Source: the human T2T-CHM13v2.0 reference genome, Homo sapiens | Reading direction: 5' to 3' (one strand) | NCBI RefSeq assembly: GCF_009914755.1 | Contig: NC_060942.1 | Length of the DNA: 64,000 bases | Shown here: positions 51,911-63,833 of the stretch, in pieces | Layout of the letters: each line of letters starts with the position of its first letter | Numbering within the stretch: position 1 is the stretch's first letter | Made by a program: the position numbers and the translations under genes | The notes under the pieces: generated by a model | Databases searched by the model: none | What the model was told of the DNA's origin: nothing | What the model saw: only the letters and a program-made list of their open reading frames with translations

Positions 51911-52107
51911 ACTGCAGGGAGATGTCAGGAGAAATGCATGTTGAAGGCCCTGTGGACAGCTGGGATGGCCCAGTGGTGTTCAATGGCCCAGTCAAAAGTG
52001 GACAAAGCAGGTGTTTGGATGGACCTGGGAGATCTTGCTCAGAGATTCTGACAGGACAAAGGTAAAGGAAGGGCCAGAGTGGTCGGAGAGATGGTCACAG
52101 TCTATGG

Positions 52108-53076
52108 GCTGCACAGGATGGAGGAGGCCAGGGAACAGGCAGGGTGGGCAGCTGGGTTTCAGGGAGAGGCATGTGCATGTTGGGAGGTCAGACTCTGTGA
52201 GGGCTGTGGGGGCATCAGGTGGACTGGGCTCCAGGAACACCCTCAGTGCACTGGGCAGGTCTTGGCCCAGGGTCCCTGGACCCTGGCTGGGTGATGTGGT
52301 CATTTGCTGGGGGACTATTGTCAGGCACTGGCCACCCAACCTGGGTAGCACTGTCCATCTCAGGACTGCACTTCCTCAGATCCTGCAGAGGGCACAGCCT
52401 CCAGCCCAGGAGGGGCAGCCCCATGGTGCAGCCTGAGCTCTCCATGGGCCTGGAGCATCCCCTGCCAGCCCTGCACTCCCTTTTCTCCCAGGTCCCACTT
52501 TTCCAGGGACAGCCAGTGGGGAGGCCCCATCCTCCCTTCCCTATGTGTCTCCTGGGCTGAAACTTGCAGTGCACTGGGACAGGGATAAGGCTTCCCTAAG
52601 GCCTATTTAGGGAAGGGACTGGCTTCCAGCCTGGCACAGGTCCTCAGCTCTGCCATGGTTGCCTTAGACTGAGATGGATCAGTCAGTGCCCTGAAGGTAA
52701 AGGTAGCAGACTGTCCCTGCTGTTGGGAGGCTGGTCTAGGGATGGAGGACTTAAGAGGTCTTCCCAGTCTGTCAGGCCTGGGCAGTGCTGTCCTGTCTGA
52801 GGACTCAGAAAATCCAGTCCTGGGATGGGACAGTGCTGCCCAGGGTGGGTGGCCAGGGTCTGACAGTAGTCCCCCAGGGAGTGACCACATCACCCAGCCG
52901 GGGTCCAGGAAGCCTGGCCTGAGACCTGCCCATTGCACTGAGGGTGCACCTGGAACCCACTCCACCTGATGCCCCCACAGCCCTCACAGGGCCTGACCTC
53001 CCAGCATGCACCTGCCTCTCCCTGCAACCAAGCTGTCCACGTTGCCTGTTCCCTCACTTCCTCCATCCTGTCCAGC
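52108..53076. repeat. Inverted repeat: arms ~52108-52368 and ~52815-53076, spacer ~445 bp
   Basis: The arms are reverse complements, roughly 80-85% identical by eye. The ORF track shows the same pseudo-peptide on both strands (52219+ MDWAPGTPSVHWAGL..., 52965- MEWVPGAPSVQWAGL...). Confidence 0.9.
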
Positions 53077-53502
53077 AGGATGGGATGGGCAGGAGGACAG
53101 CCTGTGTGCACATTTCATGGCAGGTAGGAGTGACACACCATCCCTGGGAGGCGACTTGGTTCCTCCCAAACCCGGCCCCAGAACTCTGTCCCTGGGGTGG
53201 TTTTACCAAACCTGAAACCCAGAAATGTGGTTGTGGCTCAGGGGTCAGCACCCACTAGTGCCCGGACACTACTGGGAGGCTGGGACCTGACCAAAGCCCG
53301 TGGTGTCTGTGGCCTGAGGACAGGGTGTCTTGGGGCCATAAGGACAGGCCACAAGTTGCCATTGGGTCATAGGGGCTCAGCCCCAGTGTTTGTCCTTCCC
53401 TGGCTCCTTCCCATCAGTGCCTTGGAGCCCAAGACCAAGCATCCAAGGTTCCCTCCAGGAATCCTGGTGGCTCAGCTTACTTTGTCATGTTTCATCTGAG
53501 AG

Positions 53503-54514
53503 CAAAAATGTCAGATCGGATGCACAGAAAAATGGCTCAACATGCTTAATGACTAGAAGAAATCTAGGAGCAGCAAGAAGGTAATGTGGAGAGGGGAGGA
53601 CCTCCATGGGACCTCCATGACCGGTGTTTGCAGAGCCAGGGGTACAGGCACCCAGTGCTGTGGTCTGGCACCACCTCTCAGAGGGTGGGTAGCACACTGT
53701 CCTTACCTCGGGGACAGCAGGTCTGGTCACCAGCTTTTGTACCTGTCTCTGCAAGCATTGCATTGCTGGAAGAGAATCTCATGCCAGAGCTTGGACCATG
53801 CCTTGCTCAGGGGTTAGGGGTTGTCTCTTGGTGACCTAATGAAAAAATAGCTCCAGATCATAGTTCCCACAGAGCCCAAGGCTGGAAACCTCCAGAATCC
53901 TCCGGCCCCCGATCCTCCCCAGGGACCCCTGTGGCCTATCTCACCAGAGCATTCTTCCATCTGTAGATTTCTTGGCTGCTCCACAAGGGAGTCCCACTTC
54001 AGGTGTGGTGCTGGGCATGATCACTCCTGCTGGATGTTTAGAAGGTGGAAACCAAGGACCTAGGGAAATACCAGTTACAGCCTTTCCACCCTCATCCAGA
54101 GCAGGACAAAGAGGCCAGGCGGTGTCAGGAGCCCAGGTCTCCAGCTGGAGGGAACATCAACCCTGCAGTGGGAGCAGGGGCCCATTGCACATCCTAGGCA
54201 GAGATGGTAACGTAGGCACCACAGGTAGGCAGGGATTGGTACCCCTCCCTGGCGTCAGAAAGAAGCCAAACAAGGAGCTTTCTGCAGAATGAAACCTCCT
54301 TTCCTTTCAGAAGCACTGCTGACAGTTTGGTGGTTGCCATTGGGACAGTGAGCCTTTTGTTCTTTCTGAGGTTGGGCTGGTTTCTCCTCTTGGCCCTGCC
54401 CTACAGACCGTAAAGGAAATCAGCAAGAAGTCCCCAGCAAACATCCACAGATGGCCCTGGACATCAGCCACATTCTGAGAAACATGTCACGTTCTGGGAG
54501 GGCTAAGGCATCAA
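53503..54514 (+). pseudogene. Unprocessed Rab-GAP TBC-domain pseudogene fragment (TBC1D3/USP6/TBC1D26/USP6NL family), 3 exons
   Basis: Exon 53503-53580 (ag...gtaatg) reads QKCQIGCTEKWLNMLND*KKSRSSKK. Exon 53967-54074 (donor mutated to tt) reads ISWLLHKGVPLQVWCWA*SLLLDV*KVETKDLGKYQ. Exon 54407-54514 (ctacag...gtaag) reads TVKEISKKSPANIH/MALDISHILR/HVTFWEG*GIK with two frameshifts. These match the KWxxMLxDWxKY, YKGxPxxxRGxxWSxLL and MKEKGKRSS...DVSxTLRKH motifs of this family. Confidence 0.85.
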
Positions 54515-54886
54515 GTAAGGCCTATGGGGCTGGAGAATCCGAGGGCAGGTGGGGCAACCCAGAGCCATGGGGGCTACCCATGGGAATTGGGAGGTCCCAA
54601 GGCAGATGCAGGGGTTCCACAGGAGAAGTCCCAGAGCCACCAAGTGCTCTCCTGTCCCAGGGAGCAGTCAACACCATGGACTGAACACTTACTGGGCTTC
54701 AAGCTCTGGGCCAGGCTGGGGCATGTGGGGCCATGAGGGAGCTCAGAGTGGGAGACAGAGAGACAAGTGTGCTCAGAGGGCACCCATTTCTGGGTGTAAT
54801 GTGGTCCTGAGATTTTGGCTGAGAAGGGTTTCCAGGGTTTCATATGTGTTATGGAGCTGCTTCCTCTCCCCAGCCTCACCTTGCAG

Positions 54887-55475
54887 GAATCCCAGTGAAT
54901 ATATTGCCACCCTATTTGAGCTCAGTGCCCTCATAGTGTAATGGCACCAGCAGATCTGCCTGTGCATGGACTTCCTGTACTACCCATTCCTGAGGGGTGA
55001 TGCTTCTGCAGGGCCTATGACCTGGTGCACAACTTTAGACACCATCATCCTGGAGCAGCACTGCACCCTCACTAGCCAGGGTGTTCATGACTTCCTCAAG
55101 GCCAAGGCCACGTTCAAGACTTGGGACTTCAGTGATGCACTTGTGCTGGGCAAGGTGGCTTCTCCGGTATCTTAATTTGCCATGGAAGGTGCTGGATAAA
55201 GGAGGGACAGTCAGATATGTCTTAGAGATGACTGTAGAAGGCTGCCTGGAAGGAGTGAACAAGAGCCAGGAGACCCAGGAGGGAGCTTGTGGGGCAGGTC
55301 TGGAGATGGCAAGGGAGGGATCCTGCTTGGATGAAAAGTCTTCAGGGACTGTCTCAGGTTACACTCAGGTGCCCTCAGAGCTAATGTGTTCAGAGGTCTT
55401 GTCTCCAGGATGAAAATGGGAAGGAGTTGTCAGAAGAGGACATATAAATGGAGGCTGGCATCTTCATGAGTACCA
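54887..55475 (+). pseudogene. CYP4F: CYP4F-subfamily cytochrome P450 pseudogene fragment (two internal exons); exact paralog not determinable
   Basis: Exon 54887-55154 (ttgcag...gtggct) reads NPSEYIATLFELSALIV*WHQQICLCMDFLYY.../RAYDLVHNF/DTIILEQHCTLTSQGVHDFLKAKATFKTWDFSDALVLGK, against CYP4F KPSEYIAAILELSAL...[45 protein letters not shown]. Exon 55409-55475 reads DENGKELSEEDI*MEAGIFM, against DEDGKxLSDEDIRAEADTFM. Stops and frameshifts are present. Confidence 0.93.
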
Positions 55476-55944
55476 GCGGTGGTCCCGGTGTGGGTCTCTC
55501 CATCCAGGGACATGGTGGATGGACACTACATCACTCCATTCTGCCCTTCCTTTCCCTCCTCCCATTCTCCCAAGGGCCTCAGTGCATGGGCGGTGTCCAA
55601 CCTCTGGTGCTGAATCAGCCAAGAGATCCAAGCCTGCTTGGCTGCCTCTTAGGATATGAAAGCACAGCCACTGGGCTCTACTGAATCCTATGCAACCTCA
55701 GAAGACACCCAGGAGTGATGCCATCACGTGGTGCAAGAGTTCTGAGGGACCGCAATCCTGAAGACATTGAATGGTGGGTGCAGGGCCTCATGGCCTGTTC
55801 CACAGCTCCTCTCATTGGCTCTGCTCCAGGTGGTGAAGGGGGATAACATTTCTGTCAATTCTGCCATGATTGCCTAGCAGGAAAAGGAGCAGAGCCCAGA
55901 AGCAGGGCCTGGTATGCAGCCTGCCTAACAAGGGAGAATTTATA

Positions 55945-56110
55945 GGCTCTGTGGACGGAAAGATCTGGGAGTCCATATCTATCACCCACTAGCTTGCTGA
56001 GACATTAGTAAAGTCAGTTTTCTGAACTACATTTCTGTCATCTGTAAATTGAGAGGAATTTCTTCTATCCCACGAGGCTTCTTGGATAATTAGTGACAGT
56101 GTGTGTAGAG
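55945..56110 (+). mobile_element. MIR fragment (old SINE)
   Basis: Degenerate MIR core, ttctgtcatctgtaaattgag. Confidence 0.45.
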
Positions 56111-56379
56111 CAGGTGCCATCCAGCCGGCATTTGGTGTCCAGACCACTCCTCTTCCCCCTTGATTTTCTGCCTAAATTTGCATTTTGTTCTTAAGATTTT
56201 CACTCCCCTTAATTCTGCTCTTCCCTCTGATTTCTGCCTTACTGTATATCCCATGGAGTCACCAGGATCAAAGTGGGTAACCGTCATGTATGCATGTATG
56301 TGTGTGTACATATACACATTGCTGGGGTTGGAGTGTGGTGTGTGGGTAAGTGTGAGTTGGAATCACTGACTAAAACTCT

Positions 56380-56775
56380 CCACACCAGGCTGTGTTCCTG
56401 CTCATTGCTGGAGGCACTGTCAGGGGCCCTGTCCTCAACACCGGGTCTGACACTTGCAGATCAGGCAGGACATTCTGGAGGAATCATGCCCTTGGAAGGA
56501 TCCCTGAGGAGTGACTGGTGGGTATTGGTGGATAAATACCCCAGCTCCCTTGCTTTGGGTGGGATGACTCTGAGGCACATGTTCTGTGCTGTCTCTGCAG
56601 ATGTGCCTGGCAGGGCTGAGTCCTGGCTGCCACAGAGGAAACTTTCTTGATGAAGGTCCCTTTAACTGCTGCATTCCTTTCCTGTCTCAGTTCCCCACTC
56701 CTCTACTGGTGTTTCCTGGGATTCGCACCCTAAGGAAGAACTGGCAGTCGAATTACTATCCTAGAGTTATCTCCA
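56380..56775 (+). mobile_element. LTR16-like (ERVL) solo LTR relic
   Basis: ggataaataccccagctccct...gactctgaggc and cctgtctcagttccccactcctctactggtgtttcctgggat resemble the LTR16 family. Boundaries are approximate. Confidence 0.5.
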
Positions 56776-56859
56776 AATAGAATTTTTGTATTTGAATATG
56801 TGCCTCAGGATCTACTTCCAGGAAATTTATACTAAGGCACACATTTTTCTGTCAGCTCC

Positions 56860-57005
56860 TTCAATCCCCATAGGCCTGCCATTGTGCTGTTTTTATCGAA
56901 AGGGAATATGAGGATCAGAGAGGGGAAGTCACTTGCCCAAAGTCACCCAGCTGAACAGTGGTGGAGTTCAACTTTGACCATGGGAAGTCTGGCCCCAAGG
57001 TGGAT
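56860..57005 (-). mobile_element. MIR fragment
   Basis: tgaggatcagagaggggaagtcacttgcccaaagtcacccagct matches the reverse MIR core. Confidence 0.65.
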
Positions 57006-57154
57006 GCTTGTTTGTATCCCATGAGACTCCTCCCTTACCAGGGTCAAATGAATGAATGGAGGATGTTAAAAGTAGAGTCTCTGATGCCTCTGCCAGTGAA
57101 ACCCCAGGCTCATGGCTGGCACCTATGTTCTCACTCTTACCTCATTAGGAGTAT

Positions 57155-57370
57155 AATGAAAAACATGCTCAGTGCTGACCGCGTGCCTGGGGGTGTTGTA
57201 GGCACTCTGCTTACTTTAATTCATTTAATTTTTACAATAACCTTGTTTTTACTTCTAGTTGTTAGATTAAAAAACAGTGGCAAAGAGCAATACAGAGAGT
57301 TGCCAAAATTCACACCGCTGGTCCAGGTTTGAAGCAAGCAATCTGTACCTGCAGTCCTTGTCTGTAACCA
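57155..57370 (-). mobile_element. MIR fragment
   Basis: ttaattcatttaatttttacaataacc...gttgccaaaattcacaccgctg matches the reverse MIR layout. Confidence 0.55.
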
Positions 57371-58729
57371 TGGCACCCTGGCTTCTCACACATCTCATCG
57401 TGGAGTTCCACCATGTGTCAGGCATGGCACTGAGCACCTTCTTTTAAGAATATAATTTGTAATTATGTAGATTCTTAATTCTACTTCAAAATGCCACACA
57501 GCCTTCATGTGATAAAATGAAACAATTGGTGAGTCTAAGCATTGAGAAAAAACGTTCTTTTTTCCACTCCCGACTCCATTCCAACAGTTGGGACAGTGTT
57601 TTCTCTGTGCCTGTAGAAACCTCAGCTCCTGTGCTGAGGAGCCTGTTCCCTTTGGGGAATGTGGCAGTCAGGTACTGGCAGGGACCTCGAAGTGGCTGAA
57701 GGGTCATTAAGAAAAAGCTGTTTACGTAGGTGTGGGCAGGGCCAAGGGGAACCGGGGGGATGGCGCAGGGCCCTGGGGTTAGCGTCATCTGGGAGCTGTC
57801 ACCACCCTCCAGGCTGGTGGGGCCATGGAGAAGCTGTTTCAGTAACTCAGAGAATCTGCAGCTGAAAGAGGAGGCCAGAGGAGACATCACTCACTGTGCC
57901 CTTTGACTGCATCTGGATGCCCTCACTGACCACACTACCATCCCCTTATTAGACTGGAGAGGCTGCAGGGAGGGGTTCTAAGCCTCCTATAGTGGCTCAC
58001 CTCCAACAGTGAGTCAGCACCAGCCCCCCTAGTCCCACAGCACAGGGTCCACTTAGCCCCTGTATCCTGCGTGGTCCCCTTTCCTGCTGGGAAGCAGATA
58101 TCCAAATGAACAGCAGAATCCTGTCTCTCCCTTCAGGCCCCTCTGCTCCTTATAAGTGGTGTTTTCCCTTGGTTTTGGATGAGAAACACCCTTTCCCCTT
58201 CCACAGGGATTGTTTCTGTGGACCCCACCCTGAGTTTTCCCCTGGTTAGGCAATGGGCAGGTGGGGATGGTGGGACCAACTCTTTAGAACCAGCAATGAC
58301 AAACAGATCCCACTTGGGGGAAGTTGATGTTAAGTGTCATGGGTCCTCTGGAATTTTCTGAAGCTTTCCTGTTTTTTTTTTTTCTCCCCCTAACCAGCTC
58401 AACTGATCTCCTGGGATCTCTACTAAGATGTTGGCAGCCCGGCCAGCTGGTCTGGCCCTGGACGTGCCTTCAGGGTCTGGTTATGCTTCATGACCTGCAT
58501 TGTGGTCAGTGGTAAGCAGCACCTGCTTCTAGCTTTACTGTTGGGTCAGATTTTATCCCCACTCCAGCTCTGCAGTGTGGCTGCTTCTTGATTCATCCAT
58601 GGACCCTGCACGAAATTGCCCCATGTTACTGTTTGTGCATCACTGAGGAAGGAAGCATGAAGGACGCACAGGTCAGGCCATTCCATTGCCCTCCTGGTGC
58701 TGGGTTTGCCCTCCCAATCCTGGGGTTGC

Positions 58730-59030
58730 TTCAGGGGCTGGTCGTTCTCCATAGCCCCCTCCACATTTCTCAGGTTTCTGCTCAAAAGTCACCTTTCGGA
58801 GGGGTCTCCACCTGTCACTGTGTTTTTAAGCGCTCCTTCGGTTTCTTTCTAGCTCATCTCACTCTGGTAATGTCTTTGATTACCACCACCATCTGACCTG
58901 GTCTTATGACCTGTTAGCTTCCTTCATCAGATGTGAGCACCAGGATGGCAGGGGCCTCATCTGTCCTGTTCCTCCTGTGGTCTGGGTCCTAGCACCATGT
59001 CTGGTACAGTGTAGATGCTCAAGGGAAGTT
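58730..59030 (+). mobile_element. L2 LINE 3' end fragment
   Basis: ctgctcaaaagtcacctt...agatgtgagcaccaggatggcaggggc...cctagcaccatgtctggtacagtgtagatgctcaa is typical of the L2 3' end. Confidence 0.6.
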
Positions 59031-59079
59031 TACTTTGTAGAACTGTTTATCTGGGAGATGTTACTGTTGGTCTAACCTG

Positions 59080-59453
59080 TACCATATTGTAAACCTCCAG
59101 CCATTTTGCAGACTTTGATCACAGTGAAACGTTCCACGGGAACTTGGGCCATGAGAAACATCCTTCCTAACCACGTGACTGCAGAAACATCCTTATCACA
59201 TCCTCCTGGGCAAAGGCCCAACAGCCTGACTGCAGGGACATCCTTGCCATATCCTGCTGGGCAGCAAGCTCTACCACCCAGATCCCTCCCTCCCAGTCCC
59301 ATGATTACCCCAGCCTGTGAGTGGCAGTTGGTTCTGGCACTAAGCTGGTTTCCTCCTCCCCAGGGTTTTGCTGGCAATAAAGATGTTGCTGTTGAAGCCA
59401 CCAACTGTCCCTCTGTCTTTCTTTAACCCTTGCCTTGCCTTCCAAACCTAACA
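59080..59453 (+). mobile_element. Solo LTR relic (MER54/MER74-like)
   Basis: AATAAA at 59376-59381, terminal ...ccttccaaacctaaca, and an internal duplicated tgactgcag...acatcctt motif. The family is tentative. Confidence 0.5.
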
Positions 59454-59459
59454 ATAACT

Positions 59460-59570
59460 CTACCTCTCCATTTTACCAATGAGGATGTGGGACTCAAGGA
59501 GAGCAAGAGACTTACCCAGTGAGTCACAGAGCCTGAACTTGAACTCAGTTCAGCTGAATCCAGAACTTGT
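59460..59570 (-). mobile_element. MIR fragment
   Basis: ccattttaccaatgaggatgtgggactcaagg...acttacccagtgagtcacagag. Confidence 0.5.
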
Positions 59571-59974
59571 TTCTCCCTGAGAGTCCAGGGAAGGAAAAGT
59601 GGAACTGCAGCCTGTAGGTTCCCTCATGCTTGTCCTAGAAGACCCCAGGCGGGCTCCTGGGAATTGCATCTTCATGCACACAAAAGAAGAACTGCTCACT
59701 GTCACATCAGCTAAGGGTCCCCATTGTCCCAAATTGTTACTTCTTTTCAAAGTTTTGTTTTAATAATTACAGTTCTCACAGCTCAGTGTTGAATACAAAG
59801 CACAGAGGCATGTAGAAAGTCGTGTGTGGGTTTTTCTCAATTTTTTTCCCAGTGACTATATCAATAAGTTTACCAAAGAACACAAATACGCTCATACTTT
59901 TTATATAGAGATGAGGCCCTCCCTCCCATATTTCTCTGCCACTATTCTTCTATTTTTTTTCTTCATGTGAGGAC

Positions 59975-60405
59975 CACTCTTTCAATACTAGCCCATGTGA
60001 TTGGGGTGAGGCTGGCCACCCTGGGCAATCAGCAGGGTAATTAATTCAGGGACAGGCATGTGATCCAAGCTGGGCTGATGGAAGTCATCCCTGCACTTTT
60101 GATGAAACTGCTGGGAATGAGGTGCTTTCTTTTTATTGGCATAGCTATTTGCAAGGAAGTAAATGATATGGAATTTATGGGGCCATTTTTGCTGTTCTCT
60201 CAAAATAGCTAGCATGAAAAGCAGAGCTGACACAGGAAATGAAGGGACAGAATGAGTCTTGGTTGATATTATTTGACCCCTGATCTCACTGAGCCAGAAG
60301 CCCATCTATTTAAGGATATTTTTAGTAATTACAGTCAAGTAATTCAATGTTCTCCTGGATCGAGTAGGTTTCAGTCACTTGCAGTTAAGAGAGTCCTGCG
60401 TAATA
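59975..60405 (+). mobile_element. Old ERVL/MaLR LTR relic (LTR33- or MLT1-like)
   Basis: ggcatgtgatccaagctgggc and terminal ggtttcagtcacttgcagttaagagagtcctgcgtaata. Confidence 0.45.
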
Positions 60406-60651
60406 GCAATTTCTCTTATGGTTAGGTCCCACCTTCCAGAGCTTTAGAGCTGTAGAAGGTATAAAGTAAACCCAGGCAGTGCTGAGCTAGCCAGCCTCCT
60501 GGATAAGTGTGCAAAGGAACCCTGGAATCACTACCACTTTGGTCTGACAAGCAGCCTTGCCTGCTGCTTACCATACAGCCATAGGGGTACTGTTTCCCTG
60601 AGCCCTTAGGCATTATACCACTTTTTAAAAATGATTTTTATCTAAGAAAAT

Positions 60652-60748
60652 GTTTTGTAGAGATGGTGTCTTGCTATGTTGCCCAGGCTTGTCTTGAACT
60701 CCTGGCCTAAAGTGCTGAGGTTACAGGCATGAGCCACTGTGCTTAGCC
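60652..60748 (-). mobile_element. Alu left-arm/FLAM-type monomer with an internal deletion
   Basis: gtagagatggtgtcttgctatgttgcccaggcttgtcttgaactcctggcct...aaagtgctgaggttacaggcatgagccactgtgc. Confidence 0.85.
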
Positions 60749-60814
60749 AGCACTATACTTCTATTAGTTGTCAACGTTTTCTTTGTTCTGTAGTTTCTAG
60801 TGTGTGCTTGAGCA

Positions 60815-60849
60815 TGTGTGTGTGTGTGAGTGTGTGTGTGTGAGTGTGT
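60815..60849. repeat. Interrupted (TG)n microsatellite
   Basis: Read directly from the sequence. Confidence 0.9.
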
Positions 60850-61135
60850 ATGAGTTTTTAGTTTGATCTTGCAGGGTTACTTCAAGCATCAAGTGGGATC
60901 CTTTAGGCACAGCACTCAGCCCAGTGACTGGCACATATGGTAAGCTCTCTCTGTTCTCCTCTTTTCTCCTCCTGATTCAGAGAATGACTTAAGGATCTGT
61001 GATGTGTGCCAATTTTCAATGCCCTGGATAAATAATGGGGAGATGAAATACTGTTGCCAGAAATTTGCACTAGTTTTAATTCATTTTATCTGTTTAGCAA
61101 TGAGATATCTCAAAGTAACTGAATAAATTTATGTC

Positions 61136-61136
<1 letters not shown>

Positions 61137-61166
<30 letters not shown>

Positions 61167-61172
61167 CACATA
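61137..61172. repeat. (TA)n microsatellite
   Basis: Read directly from the sequence. Confidence 0.9.
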
Positions 61173-61809
61173 AGTATGTTTCTTGAGAGCTGACAGGCTT
61201 AGTTTTTGTTCCCTGATGCTGCGGTAGAGGCCACTGTGTTCTGATTTCTTGAGTGATGGCTGCCAGCTCTCCAAGTGTCACAGTTGGTGAGGCATCCATG
61301 GAGGTGAGCATCAAGGATGTGTGGCCAGTCAGCATCTGCAAGCCCATTTTGTCTATTCTCCTTATTTTTATAATATGTTTTATTCATTTTTAGGTTTACC
61401 GTTTAATTTATTGTAAGTATGTCTCCTAAAATTGTTTCTTAGTTCTACTAGGGGTTAGTTTTATGAAACAATTCCAGAAATAGTCCAGGGCAGCCATGGA
61501 TACCCAACATGTCATTGGGCAGTGAGAAATCTTGTATATTGAAGACTGTGTTGTTGGGACCATCATTCCAATGGTCTTCAAGGTGCTAACTGGACTCAGG
61601 GCATTTCATCCTATTTCCAGAGATCAGCAAGCAGAGAGAGCAAAGGGAACATGATTAAGGGAAAAGAGGAGCAATAACTCTTCCCTTTCCAAACAGATTT
61701 TCAGAAATCCAAACCAGTGAATTCTGCGTTTCACATTGGCCAAGACTATAAGCTCTGCTCACTGCAGTTATGAGAAAAACTGGGAAACTCATTTAAAGAC
61801 ATTAATCAG

Positions 61810-62142
61810 GGCCAGGCATGGTGGCTCATGCCTGTAATTCTGGCAATTTGGGAGGCCAAGGTGGGAGAATCACCTGAGCACAGGAACTTGAAACCAGTCC
61901 AGGCAGCATAATGAAACCCAGTATCCACAAAAACAAAACAAAACAAAATCTGGGTGTGGTGGTGCACACCTGTTATGCCTGCAGTGCTACCTACTCAGGA
62001 GTCTGAGCTGGGAGGTCACAGGAACCCAGGAGGCTGTAGTGAGCTATGCTCATGCCACTGCACTCCAGCCTGGGAGACAGAGTTAGACCATTTTTCAAAA
62101 ACAAATTATAAATTAAATAATAAAATAAGGATAAATAAATAA
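61810..62142 (+). mobile_element. Old dimeric Alu (AluJ-like)
   Basis: ggccaggcatggtggctcatgcctgtaat start, A-rich linker, gccactgcactccagcctggg, and an A-rich tail. Highly diverged. Confidence 0.9.
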
Positions 62143-62639
62143 AGACATGTAAACTGTGCTCCTTGTAAATGATAAATCTATGCTCCCTTAGTGAAGAAGA
62201 TGAGAATAATGGATATAGCAGGGAAATGGACAGAATTGGCCACATTAGACCACAATGAAAGTCATAATAGGCACCCCAAATCGGTACCATTAAAGCCACA
62301 TAATGTGACCATAATGCAGGCAAATTGTGACCAATTAAAACAAACTGACAAAAAAAAAAAGGGTATCCTGGAGCATACGAATTCTAAATCTAAATTGAAT
62401 GGAACTCAAAGAAGGCTTCACATTGAAAATAAAACCATGGGTATGTAAGTGAATTGTAACAAAGCTACTACATAGCAACATTAAGGTGGCAGAGCAGAAA
62501 GGGGGCTAAGACAGCTATCTGTCATTTTATACCATTTTTTTTAAGAAAAGAAAAACTATAAAATTATGAATTTGGGTTCTAATTGAGAGATAAGACAATG
62601 ATAACTGCAACAACTGTTAACATTTACAGTGCTTCAGTC

Positions 62640-63833
62640 CTGCTATGTGCTCATTCATGCCCAATAAGTGAAGAGCTGGAACTGAAAGCTTTCTTATATT
62701 TATTCCCATTGTAGTCTCCCTCCAGAGTGCGGAATCATGTGTAACAAGAGGGGTAAGTGTTTAAAGAGGTCTTTTCTACATTTTTTACTTCCATAAGCAG
62801 TCTCTGCAGTGTGAGTTCTTGTATGAACTACAAGTCTGAGGCAACACTGAGGCTTTTTTCATGTTCCTTGCTTTCATAGCTTCTCACCAGTGTGAGAACA
62901 AATAGCTACTCAAGATGAATGAAGATGAATGAAAGGCTTTCCATAGAGTTTACCTTCACAGGGTTTCTTTTCACACTACTGTAAGATATGAGAGTCCAGG
63001 AAAGATGTTCTCATGCATGTTAACTCATTGAGCTCCCTTCCAGTGTGTCCTCCTCAGTATGGTGAAAAATTAATGATGATTTTCCACCTTTCACTCACAG
63101 GGCTTCTCACTATTGTATCTCTTAAGGTGGCTTTTAATTCTGATGACTTTGCAAAGTCTTTTCCACATTTGTCACATTTATAGGGTTTCTTTCCAGCATG
63201 ACTCCTTATATATGCATGTTTTGAGGCTTGCTGAAGGTTTTCCCACATTCCTTACATTCATAGGGCTTGTCCAGAATGTTCATTCTTAAATGTTTATTAA
63301 GGTGTAGGGAATATCTAAAGCCTTTGCCACTTTTGTCATATTCATAAGATTTCTTTCTAGTGTGAATTTTCATATGTCTCACAAGAAATCACTGGTAGGT
63401 AAAGGCTTTCCCATATTTGGGACATGTATGGCTTTTCTCTCCAGTAGTACTTCTGCTGTGTGAACCAGAATTTGGAGCAGGGGCAGAGGTTTTTCCACTT
63501 TGATGATTCTTATTCTTTGTCTCTACAGTACAGGACTGCATCTGCACAGCATGGACTGAGTTATTTCTGAAGAAATCTTCATATTGAATAAAGTTATACA
63601 TTTTCTCCCTAACATGAGTTATGTGGGCCCTAAGGCATACATCTTCACTGCAGGTTATTCCAAATGGACGCCACTCATGCATGTTTGCAGTTGTATTAAT
63701 TTTACTATGTATATGATGGACATTGTTCTGACTGTCTATCCATGTGTTTGATTTTAGCTGTTTTTCTCCCATATGAAACCCAGTGAATGTTGTACCTCAA
63801 GACTATCATATTCATTGTTTTCATACATATCAC
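62640..63833 (-). pseudogene. ZNF114: ZNF114-like C2H2 zinc-finger pseudogene (last-exon copy, not the functional gene)
   Basis: ORF 63389-63772 (LKSNTWIDSQNNVHHI...NNSVHAVQMQ...APNSGSH...TGEKSHTCPKYGKAFTYQ*) and ORF 63054-63248 (IRSHAGKKPYKCDKCGKDFAKSS), plus GFRYSLHLNKHLR between them, match my recall of ZNF114. There are stops, frameshifts and lost Cys ligands. Finger relics continue down to ~62640. Confidence 0.85.

Noticed and set aside
51992-53499. Overlapping 100-140 aa ORFs on both strands
   Set aside because: GC-rich intron-like DNA has few stops, and the mirror-image peptides arise from the inverted repeat.
54887-55475. A functional cytochrome P450 gene
   Set aside because: Only two internal exons are present, with in-frame stops, frameshifts, a damaged donor, and no heme-binding FxxGxxxCxG exon nearby.
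57486-57890. 134-aa minus-strand ORF with an acceptor-like tcctctttcag near 57862
   Set aside because: I recognise no domain or homolog. It could be a relic exon, but it cannot be supported without a search.
61400-61790. Possible MLT1-type LTR relic
   Set aside because: Only weak motif resemblance (cacattggccaagact...ctgggaaa); too degenerate to call by eye.
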